The notes under the pieces were generated by a model, which was not told the origin of the DNA, made no database searches, and saw only the letters and a program-made list of their open reading frames with translations. The translations under genes were made by a program, and so were the position numbers. From Octopus vulgaris (lineage: Eukaryota): 64,000 nucleotides of DNA. Location: NCBI GenBank assembly GCA_951406725.2, contig OX597817.1:13330001-13394000 (forward strand). Reading direction: 5' to 3'. Positions 26,037 through 39,519 of the stretch are shown here, in pieces (within the stretch, counting starts at the first letter, position 1; every line of letters starts with the position of its first letter).

Positions 26037-27065
26037 GAATGGAACATATATATTAATTCAATCTATACTCTTACAAACGCTACACCTTTAAAAAGAAATG
26101 GACTTGTTTGATTGGCCCTTTAGAAAAAACGGTCAATCTTCGAGCGATAAACAAAAAGGTCAAAAATATATGTATATATATATAAAAAACTTATAAAAAT
26201 TATAAAATCCGAGGAAAAAACCGAGGAAAAAACCTATTGCCGTTAATGAAGACAGTACAAATTAATGTATAGAAATTAAACCTGTTATAAATACTGCAAT
26301 ACATATTTATATTAAAATCCACATATATATATCAACATACACAAAAGGATGCGCGTAAACGCCATACATACATATACAGACGTATGAATATGAATCTAAA
26401 TTATACACATAAAAGCATGTGTACATATATTCATGCAAACCGTCTCGCACGCAAGCTAAAATTCATCTATGTAGCAATTCTCATATACTGAGCAAGGAGG
26501 GGGAACGAAAGAAAGGGAAAGAGAGAAAAAGAAACGAAGGAGGGGTGGGGAAAACTTGTAGCGATATTATTGGCATCTATAGAGGCCAGTATACATACAC
26601 AAGTTTGAATTGATACATATACATACCGTCGTGTGTATGCGTGCTTAAGCACAAGCATACTTTCACTTACACATACACAGATACGCATGCTTACAAATAT
26701 ATATGCTTTGCTATATACAAACTTATATAAACATTCTAAATTTGACAACATTGCTTTTTTTTAAAAAAAAAAAACATTGCTTTTAAAAAATGGGTGCATT
26801 AATAAAAATATATACGAAAGACATATAAAATAAAATATAACATCCTATTTTGGGTCATTTATAAATAATCAAGGTAATATAAATAATCAAGGTAATCTTA
26901 TGCAATACAATAACATGAAAACAAAGTTTGTAGGTTTTTCCTAATATATATGTAGAAACAGTAAGACTTTGCTATAGGTCCGCCGTAGCGCTCAAGAGTC
27001 AAAAAATCAAAATACAAAATATATACTCTATCCATATGGTATATTTATGCAAATACATATATGGG

Positions 27066-27240
27066 TACAAGACGTCATAGAACGTATACAACATGAAATA
27101 CGAAAACAACATGAAATGCGAAATACAAAATCATGAAATGCGAACTTTCGTGCGAACAACGAAAGAAACAAATGGAAAACAAGACAAGCAACATAAAGGA
27201 CGACCCTTTATCAGTTGTCGGGTGTTTTATCAGGGTCAAA
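27066..27240 (-). repeat. Pyrimidine-rich PLE-like tail family (related to 53886-54080)
   Basis: Minus ccgacaactgataaagggtcgtcctttatgttgcttgtc matches ccgacgactgatgaagggtcgttctttatggtacttgtc at ~53952. Confidence 0.6.
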
Positions 27241-27509
27241 GTTGATAACAAAAACAAGACTGTGAAAACGGTAAGGGTTGTTAAGCCATGACGAGGTGAG
27301 GTGGCGAACGCTGGAACAACAAGCTTTGACAGAAGACAGACAAGGATGCGTCTTATCTCTTATTGCTGATCGGAAAAAAAGAAAGAAACTCAAGTTAGGA
27401 AAAGAAAGATGGCAGAAGGTCGGAAGAAATACCGCAAGGCATTTTATCTGACGTTCTAACAAACCACCATAATTACAATGACAAGAATAACAGCAACAAC
27501 AATAATAAT

Positions 27510-27710
27510 CCTTTCTACAATAGGCACAAAGCCCGAAAGTTTGTGGATGGGGTTAGTCGATTACATCGACCCCCGGTGCTCAATTGGTACTTATTTTATC
27601 GAGCCTTAAAGGATCAAACGCAGAGACAACCTCGACGGAATTAAAGCTCAAAACGTAAACACGGACGAAATGCCACTTAGCATTTCACCCGTCGTCCTAA
27701 CAGTTGCACT
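27510..27710 (-). mobile_element. SINE family B, degenerate
   Basis: gtcgattacatcgaccccc..ggtacttattttatcga core. Confidence 0.7.
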
Positions 27711-27768
27711 AGCTCATAACAATACAACAACAACAACAACGACAACAACGACGACGACGATGACGATG

Positions 27769-27828
<60 letters not shown>

Positions 27829-28202
27829 GAGGGATGAGATTAGCAAAACAATTGATACTACATGAAGGTCTCTGCTAGCTCTCACTGCGCATGCAACCGT
27901 ATGCTGCCATCTGTTGGTGTGCAACTGAACTAGTCTGGGAACGTTTTGATACCACATCGTATATTAATAAATAGATATTAATAAATAGCAATAGCAGAAC
28001 AGAAGAACAATGAGGGACAAGCATTTAGGATGATTCAGGATACTCTACACTCACAAAGCGCCAACTTGTCCTCACACATCCAAAGAAAGTGCTCTGTCCT
28101 TGCTCTTGTTGTCAGCCTACAGCCACATAGTCAGCGCAGGCTAATTTGAGGTCAAATTTCTTTATTTGTCATAAGGACTTTCTACCACATAAAATTCAAA
28201 CT

Positions 28203-28650
28203 ACGTAAAGTATAATAGCCATCTCAATATGGCTAACCACTAAGGGTGGGTGTTACTGTAGCTTTTAGCCCCAGGAGATCATCGTCTCCAGCTGGCTTTA
28301 GTCACACTATCTGTGCCCTTATGGTATTTGCAAAGGGAGGTCATCCCTCTCTCGTAAGCCTAAGTGATACGCACGGACTAGAAAAACCCATAAGTATTTG
28401 CATACAGGTCTTCCTTTTCATCGTAATCCGGTGATTACCGTGCGTTGACAAGAGGCAAATTACCTCGAAACTGCAAGTCCGTGCGTATCACTTAGGCTTA
28501 CGAGAGAGGGATGGCCTCCCTTTGCAAATACCATAAGGGTACAGAAAGTGTGTCTAAAGCCAGCTGGAGACGATGATTTCCTGGGGCTAAAAACTACAGT
28601 AACACCCACACTTAGTGGTTAGCCATATTGATGGCTAGTATACTTTACGT
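28203..28650. mobile_element. Long fold-back (~175-bp arms) with a decayed hammerhead in the spacer
   Basis: Arms 28203-28379 and 28476-28650 are imperfect reverse complements; HHR-like motif at 28440-28484. Confidence 0.85.
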
Positions 28651-29956
28651 TATCGAGCGGTTACTGTTTACATCTCGTTCAGATATTTAAAATTCAAACT
28701 GTCTCTTGCAAAATGTTCAGAAAAGAATATTTTGGAATGTACATATACAATAAAGAGGTTTCTGCATTTCTCCACTTCTTCCAAAGAAATATGCGAAAAC
28801 AGTCAAGGCAGATATCGAAGTCCATAATCTTCAATTCATCACACCACTCAAACAGTCTTGCAAAGTGTGGACGGGAAAACCTTCAACTTCAGCCTAGAAT
28901 AAGATATTTAGCGCTTTTAGCTGTCCGACAAAGACTTGATAGTGTTTCAGTTAACCCGATGCACATTTGCAACAGGACCCAATGAACGGTGGTGTTCTAG
29001 GGCCCGTGGTTTCTAGGGCTAGATGTTGTTGCTTCTACCTCGGCTGTGGACCGCCAGTTTTCTCTTCTCAGTTTTTCAACTTCTTTAGGTAGTTGACCCT
29101 CAAGTGGGTCGACCCTCAAGTACGACCCTCAAGTGGGTCGTACTGTCACAAGTATAGCGACTGGAGTATCTGTCCAACACCATTAGTCGATTTTTTTCCT
29201 TTATGCCTCTACAGTTCTATTATCTTCGAAGATCATTAGGACTAGCATGTCCTACAGATCCCATCCGACCATATGTTACTACTTGTCACCTCCACTCTGA
29301 CACCTGTCCGTATTGTGCGATAAAGATATGGACGATTCAATGACCAACGTCACTACCAATATCTCCAACTGTGGTCTTGAATTTCTTGCATTGCGTGCAT
29401 CTGTATGTTGCGTCTTGTGTCGCAATATATGGATACACGAGATGCAAACCAGATGCCTCAATTCATTCTCGAGTTCAAAGACCAGTAATACAGGATCAAT
29501 TGTCCTGTTCCAGATGGTGGGACAGTTATCATTCGAATACATCAAGCAGAGCTTCTAGCTGTTTTTTCGTGGGTATGTGGAAATCTTTTTCTTTTTTCTT
29601 CTGAAAGAGTTCTTCAAGCAAGAAGGCATTGTCTCTTGTAGCACATTTTCTGGAGCCGACCTACGTTCAGAGATTGTTAGAATTGTTAGAATTTTATGTA
29701 TCAAGTTGCGAATGATACTTGATACATGTGTATCTGCATTTTCTTCCATTTTCTTTTCTGATAATTGTTTTTAATCTGTTAAATCTATTTGAAGCAATGC
29801 GTATATGTTGTTACCTCAGTAGACACAATACTTATAAATACTTTTGAAAATAGCCATGGCTGCCTTTATTCCCACCAGGCTTTATAAAATAAGGTGTTAG
29901 TCCAGTCGATTCAACCGGCTAACCCGTCCTTCAGATTCCGGCCCTTGTATCTATAC

Positions 29957-30170
29957 TGGTTTCAAATTTTGGCAAAAGGCCTGTAATTTCAGGGATTGGG
30001 CAAAGTCGATTAAATCGACCTCAATGCTCAACTGTTACTTTTATCGGCTCCGAAAGGATGAAAAGCAAAGTTGACCCCAGTGGCATTTGAACTCAGAACG
30101 TAAAGATGGACGAAACGCCGCTAAACCTTTTTCTCAGCGTGCTGACTATTCCTGCAAGCTCGTCGCCTTA
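29957..30170 (-). mobile_element. SINE family B, tail 2
   Basis: TSD ccttgtatctata on both sides. Confidence 0.8.
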
Positions 30171-30194
30171 GGCCTTGTATCTATATTAGAAACA

Positions 30195-30300
30195 ATTAGA
30201 ATTGTACGTCTCTGATATTAGAATTATACGTCTCTGATATTAGAATTATACGTCTCTGATATTAGAATTATACGTCTCTGATATCAGAATTATACGTCTC
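30195..30300 (+). repeat. 22-bp minisatellite, ~5 copies
   Basis: ATTAGAATTATACGTCTCTGAT in tandem, no spacers. Confidence 0.95.
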
Positions 30301-30734
30301 CGTGGAGTTATAGCAATATGCAATTGAAAATATTCTAGATAACTAACAAGCTATACTTAGGGAATACTATATTAATTGCCATGACTTCCAGAAAATTCCG
30401 GACGGATCCAAACTTTTAAACAAGTGTGTTAGTAGTGTTGGTTTGAACACCGACATCAAATCATAAGAAAGATTCCATCTTACCTAAAATAGTTACACTC
30501 AAAATTAAGCTGCAGCAAAACATTGAAAACTGCAATGTTTGCAACTAGCAAAACATCTGAGGAAACTACTTAATATCCGAAATCTTCAACCTTGATGAAA
30601 AGAGAACTTTTCATCTTCCCACACTGTGTAAACAAATAGTAAAATTAAAAATAGAGATGAAAATATTAATGATAATAATCATGACAGTAATGATAGGAGC
30701 AATAGAGAGTATGGAAGTAATTGTGTTGAATGGG

Positions 30735-30790
30735 ATTATTATTATCATCATCACCACCACCACCACCGTCGTCATCATCACCATCATCAC

Positions 30791-30864
<74 letters not shown>

Positions 30865-30865
30865 C

Positions 30866-30900
<35 letters not shown>

Positions 30901-30923
30901 CCACCACTATCATCATCATCATC

Positions 30924-30972
<49 letters not shown>

Positions 30973-31100
30973 CCATCATCATCATCACCACCATCATCAT
31001 CATTATCATCATCATCATCATCATCATCATCAACATCACCACCACCACCACCACTACCACCACAACCACCATTATCATCATCATCATCATCATCATCATT
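30735..31100 (+). repeat. (ATC)/(ACC)n microsatellite
   Basis: Direct reading. Confidence 0.95.
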
Positions 31101-32129
31101 ATTGGCGTTGTTGTTGTTGTACTTGTTGTGTGGTTGCTTTGTTATTTGTGTTGTCGTTTCTGTTGCGGTTGTTATTGCTGTAGTTTTTTTTCTTCTTTAT
31201 TTGCCATAATTAAACGCTTGATGAAAATTATAAATTAAAATCAAATGTAAATATAAACTAAAGAAAAATATGCAAATTTAAGAGAAACAAACTTCTGAAA
31301 TGTGATCTAACTGAAAATAAACATAAAATATGTAAATGAATAAATAAAATGCAAACAAAAATGTATATTATTAAATGGATGATTTAAATTATGAATGAAA
31401 TATATAGAGAATATAAAAAAAAAATTTTATGAAAATATAAATAACATACAAATATGGACATTAATACTATACTTTGTTGCCAAGCTCAGCCATTTTTGAT
31501 AACACATCTAGGAGGTGAGACTGTCTACACCACTTTTGTTTTTGTCCAAAAATAATTTTATATGAATTCCATAAAGTTTGAAGTAGAAAAGGCAATGTGT
31601 TCTTGGAGTCTTTAGCTGTGTCAGCTACGCTAGAACATGGAAACACAACAGGAGACAAAGCAGTGTGCAAAAGTATGAAAGATCTAAATTGGATATGTAT
31701 GGTTACTTGGGTCAACTTGGTTACTTTTTTCATAGGGTTTAATTTGAGGGAGATTAGACTGTCTTTGCAAGTTCAATGACCTTTAGAGATTAGAGATTCT
31801 TATCGTGGTCGAATAAGGTCACGACTAGAATGCTTTTGATCATAAGTCTGTTCAACCGGGGTTGAAATGAGATGAAACATCAGTAACATTTAGATATGTA
31901 CAGCCTGTCTCTAGTTAGAATAATCCGCTAGCAGGTCGAAGCTAAACATAGCTTTATATATACATGTTGTGTCAGCTATTTGAGAACAGAATTTTAGTCT
32001 AAGTAAAGCAAAAATATTTATTAGAAAAGCCAATATATGTTTATGGAATCTGGTACACATATTTTTACATACAATAAAACTGGTACACATGTTTTTACAT
32101 ACACATAGTAAAAGTTTATTCAAGAAAAC

Positions 32130-33120
32130 TTCCATCAGCCTCGATTACAGCTTAGATACGGCTTTTGAAACGGCTAAATGTGTTGATATGGTAATATTTA
32201 TTGATGTTGGCCGTAACGTCTCTGTTAGCAGACACCAACATGTTTTTGGTATTATGGGCATGTTTGTTGGGTTCTCTCTCAATGATGCCCCAGACGTAGA
32301 AGTCATGGGCTTTTAAATTGGGAGAGCTAGGAGGCCAAATTTTAGGGGTAACATGATCATAAAAATTTTAGCCATCCACTCTTGGATCGTGCAGGCTGTG
32401 TGAAAGGAAGGAACAGAGCATTGTTTGAATACGTGCGGCCTGCCGCAAGCAACTCTCTCGATCCAGGGCTTGACAACAATCTTCATTGTTTCGATATAGA
32501 TGACTGCATTGACCCTGAGACCGTGTAGGGAAAAGTGACTCGGGATGTCATGGCCCTCATTGCCTACAGCCTCTAAGACCGTCATAGTGCATAACATTGG
32601 AGCCATTCTTCCTGCTGTGGAGGCACATGGCCTAGTGGTTAGAGCAGAGGACTCGCAGTTGAGGGATCGCAGGTTCGAATCCCAGACCGGGCGATGTGTG
32701 CGTTTATGAACGGATTACACGGATCTCCCGGGTCTTATCGGACATGAACTGCCCTTTTCTCCTAACATAGGATATATTCCTTTGTCTTCGTGCACCGCAC
32801 CTCTAATCGTTGACTCCGACACATGGAGATGACAGGCAATAGATTTTCGATGATGATGCCCTGGACTTGCAGGATAAACTCAGTTGTTCTGACAATGTCT
32901 GACCATCGAGAATATTTTCATTTTCTGGCCACAGGAGCCCTCTCTTCATCTTAAACTCAAGGAACCTGATGACATTTAAGACGTCTGCAATCTCAGTATC
33001 ACTGTGGTTGGCAGCTAAGGCGACGAGAAGAGCATGTCTTTTCGTTGGAACAGAAAAGTTAAAGATGGAGCTACTTACGGTTCTTAAAAGTTTTGACCTC
33101 AAATAGCTGACACAACGCGT
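32130..33120 (-). pseudogene. Tc1/mariner-superfamily (maT/DD37D-like) transposase remnant, with a SINE C head inserted at ~32618-32710
   Basis: KRHALLVALAANHSDTEIA; VVKPWIERVACGRPHVF.Q..VP.HTA..IQEW; WPPSSP.L...DFYVWG. Confidence 0.7.
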
Positions 33121-33151
33121 ACATACATACATACATACATACATACATACA

Positions 33152-33217
<66 letters not shown>

Positions 33218-33309
33218 CGCGCGCGTGTGTTCAAATGAAACATTTCATTTTCGCAGCTAGAATGCCTTTGATTATTAGTCTGCTCGATCAGGACTACCCT
33301 GGGACTAAA

Positions 33310-33482
33310 CAAGAACAACAGCAACATACAACATACAACATACAACAACATACATCACACAACATGCAACATACAACGACATACAACATGCAACATACAA
33401 CAACATGCAACATACAACAACATACCACAACAACATACAGCAACATGCAAAATACAACATCCAACAACAGCATACAACAACA
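33310..33482 (+). repeat. (ACAACAT)-type degenerate minisatellite
   Basis: Direct reading. Confidence 0.8.
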
Positions 33483-34146
33483 AGCCTATATGAAAGTAAA
33501 ATAACCAAGAAGCAATATGGAAACGAAGCTTGGTATACCTTGAAAGTTTACTTAGTTCAAAGCAGAGAGAATAGAGCGAAAGAAGGTGGACGTTAATAAC
33601 GACGCCTTAATTAAGCAGGAAGTGTAAAGCCAAGCGAAACACTTGCGTTTCTCGACCAGAAGGTATTTTAGGAACTCGGCTATACCGCAGCTCGCTTAAA
33701 AACAATAATTTACACAGCACGTTTGCACACAGACACAAATAAATTGCACGTGTGCAGCACATGTTTACTAACCACAAGCCAACATTTTCAAATAAACGTG
33801 AATAAATGCAAATATATGTACATAGATGCACATTATTAAATACATGCACAGACACACACTCTCTCTCTATCTCACACACACATACATACATACACATAAA
33901 CAAATAGAGTCGGACATGTTATTGTGAATCGGGTTGAGCTACAAGTAGCACATTAAGCTACTTTTCAGGACAACACGTTTTTGCTTTGTTTTGTAGTTTG
34001 GAATAATTGATACTACATTTTGGGCTATTTTAAGTCGTGGGCTATAATACGCTACTTCTCTATTTTATTTGAAAATTTTGGCCAATAACTAAAATGTATA
34101 AAGAAAGGGGATATATAAACTGCTTTGTTATATTCTTAAATACTTT

Positions 34147-34540
34147 AAGACGGGGAGCTGGCGAAAAGGTTAGCAAAATGTTTATCGGTATTTCGTCCGT
34201 CTTTACGTTCTGAGTTCAAATGCTGCCGAGGTCGACTTTGCCTTTCATCCTTTCGGGGTCGATAAATTAAGTACCAATTACGCACTGGGGTCGATATAAT
34301 CGACTTAATCCGTCTGTCTGTCCTTGTTTGTCCTCTCTGTGTTTAGCCCCTTGTGGTTAGTAAAGAAATAGATATTTCGTCCGTCTTTACGTTCTGAGTT
34401 CAAATGCTGCCGAGATCGACTTTGTCTTTCATCCTTTCGGAGTCGATAAAGTAAGTACCAGTCGAACACTGGAGTCAATGTAATCAACTAGACACCCCAC
34501 ATCCAAAAACATCCTAGCCTTGTATCGAAATTTGAAACCA
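34147..34540 (+). mobile_element. SINE family B dimer (tail 1 then tail 2)
   Basis: TSD atattcttaaatacttt/atattcttatacacttt around the dimer. Confidence 0.85.
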
Positions 34541-34614
34541 ATATTCTTATACACTTTGGTTCATATTGTATTTCAGTTCTTCTTTCCGGTTCATCAGTAT
34601 GAACTCTGACAAAA

Positions 34615-35220
34615 AAGATCGACACTAAGCTTGATGGGACTTACACAACTAGGTTGCGTGCTGTTCTGAACAAATCATGGAAACAACGAATGACGAGTTT
34701 TATAGAAATATCCTTCTCGAGTCATACCGAATCATAAGGATCGGTTTTTCGGTTCCATGGAGTATATATTGCCTACCTGGACGGGATGCTGCTCCGTTGC
34801 AGGATTACTCAATTTTGCCAGCTGAATGGACTGGAACAACATGAAATGAAGTGTTTCGCTCAACAACACAACGCGCCATCCGGTTCCGGGATTGAAACTA
34901 CAATCTTACGATCATGTGTCCAACACTCTAACCACTAAACCATTCGCCTCCATTTATGGAAATATTCCCAACGTATCATCAGCCATTAGAGAGCAGAGGA
35001 CAAGACGTACTGGCAATTGTTGCCAAAGCAAAGCTGAATTCGTGATTGAGCTCCTTTTGTGGATCCCAAGCCATGGAAAATCTCACGCTGGATGATCCAG
35101 AATAACGTACATTGATCGACTCTTTTGCGATGCCAAGTTACAAATCGAAGACCTCAAGAATATCATGAAAGATAGGAACGCTGGGAGAGAAAGAGTGGGT
35201 TTGGCCCAGACAAGCCATCC
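34615..35220 (+). mobile_element. Old RTE-clade LINE 3' fragment split by SINE D (~34715-34952, minus)
   Basis: LDGTY..LRAVLN.SW | YGNIPNVSSAIREQR..G.C....E....LLLW.P.HG...TYID; SINE D TSD tttat(a/g)gaaatat. Confidence 0.75.
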
Positions 35221-35227
35221 GAAACTA

Positions 35228-35446
35228 TTTACTCTTTTACTCTTTTACTTGTTTCAGTCATTTGACTGCGGCCATGCTGGAGCACCGCCTTTAGTCGAGC
35301 AAATCGACCCCGGGACTTATTCTTTGTAAGCCTAGTACTTATTCTATCGGTCTATTTTGCCGAACCGCTAAGTTACGGGGACGTAAACACACCAGCATCG
35401 GTTGTCAAGTGATGTTGGGAGGACAAACACAGATACACAAACATAT

Positions 35447-35509
<63 letters not shown>

Positions 35510-35677
35510 AATACGACAGGCTTCTTTCAGTTTCCGTCTACCAAATCCACTCACAAGGCTTTGGTCGGCCCGAGGCTATAGTAGAAGACATTTGCTTGAG
35601 GTGCCACGCAGTGGGACTGAACTCGGAACCATGTAGTTGGTAAACAAGCTACTTACCACACAGCCACTCCCGCGCCT
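35228..35677 (-). mobile_element. SINE family A
   Basis: Full length. Confidence 0.9.
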
Positions 35678-36281
35678 AATATATCAAGTAATTGATATAT
35701 TGTTATGATATTTGTACATATTAGAGACTATCTGAATTCAGGATTGAAACACTAGTGGGAAGGCTCTGTTTGTAACTCTTTTTGTCTTTAGAGATAGGAT
35801 TCGCTGGAATTGTTGTGAGGTGTTTATTAATAAATTCATACGAGCGCTATTACCTTACGAATAGCAAGGGGATCAAGTTCTTTCATTGCATCCAGCTTTA
35901 TTTAAAGCGGTAGGATGTAAATTGAGATGTACATTGATGCCACTTCTAGCATGCCGAACGACTACATTGTGACTACCTGACAATAATGAAGTGAAGCGAA
36001 AATTGTTGGTGACAGCTATCCGTTCACGTGACGGAAGTATGTGTAATCTAAGTATTTTTAAGTAAAACTCGATTATCCCAAAACTTTTCCCATTTATACA
36101 ATGAGCAACTGAAGAAAAATAATAAAATTTTCAACAACCTTGTTAACGAATTCTCAATTTTCAAACAGGGTGAGAGAGAAATGAATCAATGGAAATATAA
36201 CTCTTTTGCAAAGTAAGCAATGCTGAAATAATAGTTCATAAAATCGATTTAACAATACATATTTCTGTAGCTAATATATCG

Positions 36282-36592
36282 TGGCATTCCGTCGTTTGCG
36301 ATGATCGGATCAACGTGAGCAGCCTGCTCGTGAAATTAAGGTGCACGTGTACCCTTAATGTAGTTCTCAGGGAGAGTGTGACAAGGCTGGTCCTTTGAAA
36401 TACAGGTACAACAGAAACAGGAAGAAAGAGCGAGGGAAGAGTACAGCAGGGTTCGCCACCCTACCCCCCGTGGAGGCTTGTAGAGCTTTAAATGTTTTCG
36501 CTCAATAAACACTCACAACACCCGGTCTGGGAATCGAAACCGCGATCCTACGACCGCGAGTCCACTGCCCTAACCACTGGACCATTGCACCT
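36282..36592 (-). mobile_element. SINE family C, internally deleted
   Basis: Head and tail recognisable. Confidence 0.8.
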
Positions 36593-36851
36593 CTATGCTA
36601 ATATATAACCTTGGTAACTTTGATAGGTTTCGGCCAGTATAGGCCCAGGCCACGTCTAACTCAATAGCACCACCTGGTGAAGTCTTTTAGTCATATATGG
36701 GGCACCAAAGCCTACACTAGCAAAGCGTTATGTTTGTTGGAGACATATCCGGGTGTAAGAGGCTGGTCCGGGATCTTTTGAAGAAATTTGTCCAGTGAAC
36801 ATTTGAATTTTATGGGATCCGTTTCTGTTTTGACATATTTTGGTATGGTAT

Positions 36852-36883
<32 letters not shown>

Positions 36884-37005
36884 CATATATATTAAATAAA
36901 TCGTTGGCGATTTTTCCTCCGTCTTTTCTCTTGGACTTTCCTTTGCATGTACCACGTCGTCGCGTTGTTGTTTTTTCTTGCTGTTTTACTTCGTTTTCTT
37001 TTTGT

Positions 37006-37057
<52 letters not shown>

Positions 37058-37059
37058 GC

Positions 37060-37198
37060 ATTAAGGGAATTACTATACATAAATGCATCACGCTAGGAGA
37101 GACTCTTAAATTCAAAACTGCCATAATATTACTATGGTAGTTTTGACTTTAAGAGTCCCTCCTAGCGTGAGGCATTTATCTATAGTAACGCCCGTAAT
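37060..37198. repeat. Imperfect hairpin (~66-bp arms) between (TA)n tracts
   Basis: cacgctaggagagactcttaaa...tttaagagtccctcctagcgtg. Confidence 0.85.
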
Positions 37199-37420
37199 AT
37201 AAATAAATATATTTAAAGGGAATAATTAATAAATTATTCCCTTATGAGTTTTTCTCACGCTAACTACTTGATAAATTCTTATAAAGATTTTATCCTATTT
37301 TTAAAGTGTGTGTATATACGTATATATATATATATAATCATTCACTCGTGAATCTCATTATAAACAACATGGACCCATTCTCTTCTTAAGAAAAAATATA
37401 TTTTCATATAAATTAAACAT

Positions 37421-37457
37421 TGTATCATGAATAGCGACTGCGAAACCGGTCGATACA
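37421..37457 (+). ncRNA. Degenerate hammerhead-like motif
   Basis: tgtatc ATGAATA gc gact gc GAAA ccgg TC gataca; stems intact, core has 2 mismatches. Confidence 0.45.
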
Positions 37458-37583
37458 TTAAAAATTATACTATAACCATGTAAGTGTGCGTATTTTTCGT
37501 TTTTATTTTTCTTATATACATTACAATCCACTACGTGGAGACAACCGAAATTCCTCTTTTCTGTTACTACTATATATTTTCGC

Positions 37584-39198
37584 AATGAATAAAGTGGGAA
37601 TGTCACTTGAAGAAGTTAATGTAATTAAAATGGCTAGGAAATCGCTCATTAAATATAAAAATAAGTTATGGGCTAGGAATGATACTAGAGATTGTTTTGA
37701 TATACCTATGGGAGCACCAGATTCTGCACAAGCTACTGATTTAGTAGGTATTTTTCTTTTATCTGAACTCCAATTAGAAAATCTTAAGATAGAGGGTGGT
37801 TTATATAGAGATGATCTTCTACTAATTACAAAGAATTGTACTAATAGGAATCTAGAAGTATATAAGAAAAAACTATATAGTTTCTTTAAAAGATATGGGT
37901 TAAGTATTACTATATATAAGGAGAATTATAATGTTAATTATTTAGATGTTAATTTTAATCTAATTACAGGTAAAACACAACCATTTCATAAAATTAATGA
38001 GAACCTTAGATATATAAATGTTAATAGTAATCACCCACATTCTATTAAAAAATCTTTGATTAATAATATAAGTAAACGTATTTCATTACTCTCTTATGAT
38101 ATAGAGATTTTTAATAAACATGCTACTTATTATAATGAGGCCCTTAGAGGGGCTGGTTATAATAGGAATATTAAATTTTATAATATTAAAGATAAAGATA
38201 TAACTAATTATTTTCGAGATAATTATAATAATAATAATTATAATTTTGTTAGTATTAGTGGTAAAAATATTAGAAATTATAAAAATAAAAATAATAAAAA
38301 TAAAAATAAGAATAATAAAAATAAATTTAATAATAATAATAATAATAATAATATTGATAAAATTAATAATATTAATAATTCCTTAAATGCTGTACATAGA
38401 TATAATTCTGTTAATAATTTTAATAAGATAAAGAATTATAAATATAATAATTATAATAATGACAATGATAGTAATAAGGTTAATAAGAATAAAATTTGGT
38501 TAATAGTTCCTTATGGTGATCAAGTAAAAACGAATATTATCAAAGAGATTTTAGATATTATAGAACTTTTTATTAGAGATAATCGTAAATATAAAAACAT
38601 TTTCTCTAGTAATAATTTTGGAGTAGGTTATTCCACTACTAATAATGTAGGTAACATTATTTCTTCATTTAATAAATTTAAATTGAATAATTTTTATAAA
38701 AATAAATTATTTGATAATAATAATAAAGATAAGACATATATTAATTGTACTTGTAGAGATAAATCTAAATGTAAATTAAATAATAAATGTGATATTAACG
38801 ATGTAGTGTATAAATGTATAGTTACATTACATGATAATAACTTTAAGAATAATAATTACCCAAAAGCGGTTTATATAGGGTCTACTTCCTCTAAAATAAA
38901 ATTAAGAATCGCACAACATCTGAATTCTTTTAAAAATAAAAACTTAATCAACTCCACTGGACTTAGTAAGTACATTTGGAGACTTAAATCACAAAATATT
39001 AATTATAGTTTAACATGGGAAATAATTTGTAAAACTAAATCATATACTATAGGAGCGAATTGTTGTTATTTATGCTCTAATGAGTTTAAAGAAATCTTAT
39101 TTTATAAGTATGATAATTTACTTAATACAGGTGAAGAGCGCAAAATAAAATGCAGACATAGGTTACTTTACCTATATAATAAGTTTCATGATAAATAA
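37584..39198 (+). CDS. Penelope-like element ORF (Hydra-clade-like), 5'-truncated RT + thumb + Asn-rich insert + GIY-YIG endonuclease
   Basis: FDIPMGAPDSAQATDLVG, GLYRDD, NYLDV, YIN..SNHP; CTCR..C...C..VVYKC..YIGST..R..H, CYLC..E, LLN...CRH; no in-frame stop over 1.6 kb. Confidence 0.9.
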
Positions 39199-39389
39199 TT
39201 AATAGCTCCCTATTATAGGTTACTTTAGTTTAATATTAATTTTAGTTTAGAGTACCATATATTTTTAGTTATGTAGTTTAGGCTTTAATTACAGTTAGTC
39301 TTTAATTGGTCTTTCTTTGTTTTCATTAATTTATTATTAATGTATATTAATATATAACAGTTTATGGTATATTGAGTTTGATCGGAAAT

Positions 39390-39433
39390 CCACCTGACGA
39401 ATGTCATTTGAAGACATGAAACAATTGTAGTGG
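39390..39433 (+). ncRNA. Minimal type I hammerhead ribozyme in the PLE 3' terminal repeat
   Basis: ccac CTGACGA atgtc atttgaa gacat GAAA caattg TA gtgg: canonical core, palindromic stem III, GUA site. Confidence 0.88.
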
Positions 39434-39519
39434 CGATTTATTTACTTTATATTAAAATTTTTTATGTATTGATTAAGTCTTTCCTTGTTTGTTTTGCAAA
39501 ATAGTGGTTTTGTCTCGAA

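Noticed and set aside
29160-29780. Short ORFs on both strands, possibly a decayed LINE ORF1
   Set aside because: No diagnostic motif recognisable by eye; needs a translated search
30195-30300. CRISPR-like array (also considered for 2483-3450)
   Set aside because: No unique spacers, no cas genes, eukaryotic context; simple tandem repeats
37584-39198. Selenoprotein-type (Naiad) PLE or host Asn-rich gene
   Set aside because: No in-frame TGA, endonuclease is C-terminal, and RT/GIY-YIG motifs plus the HHR mark it as a PLE
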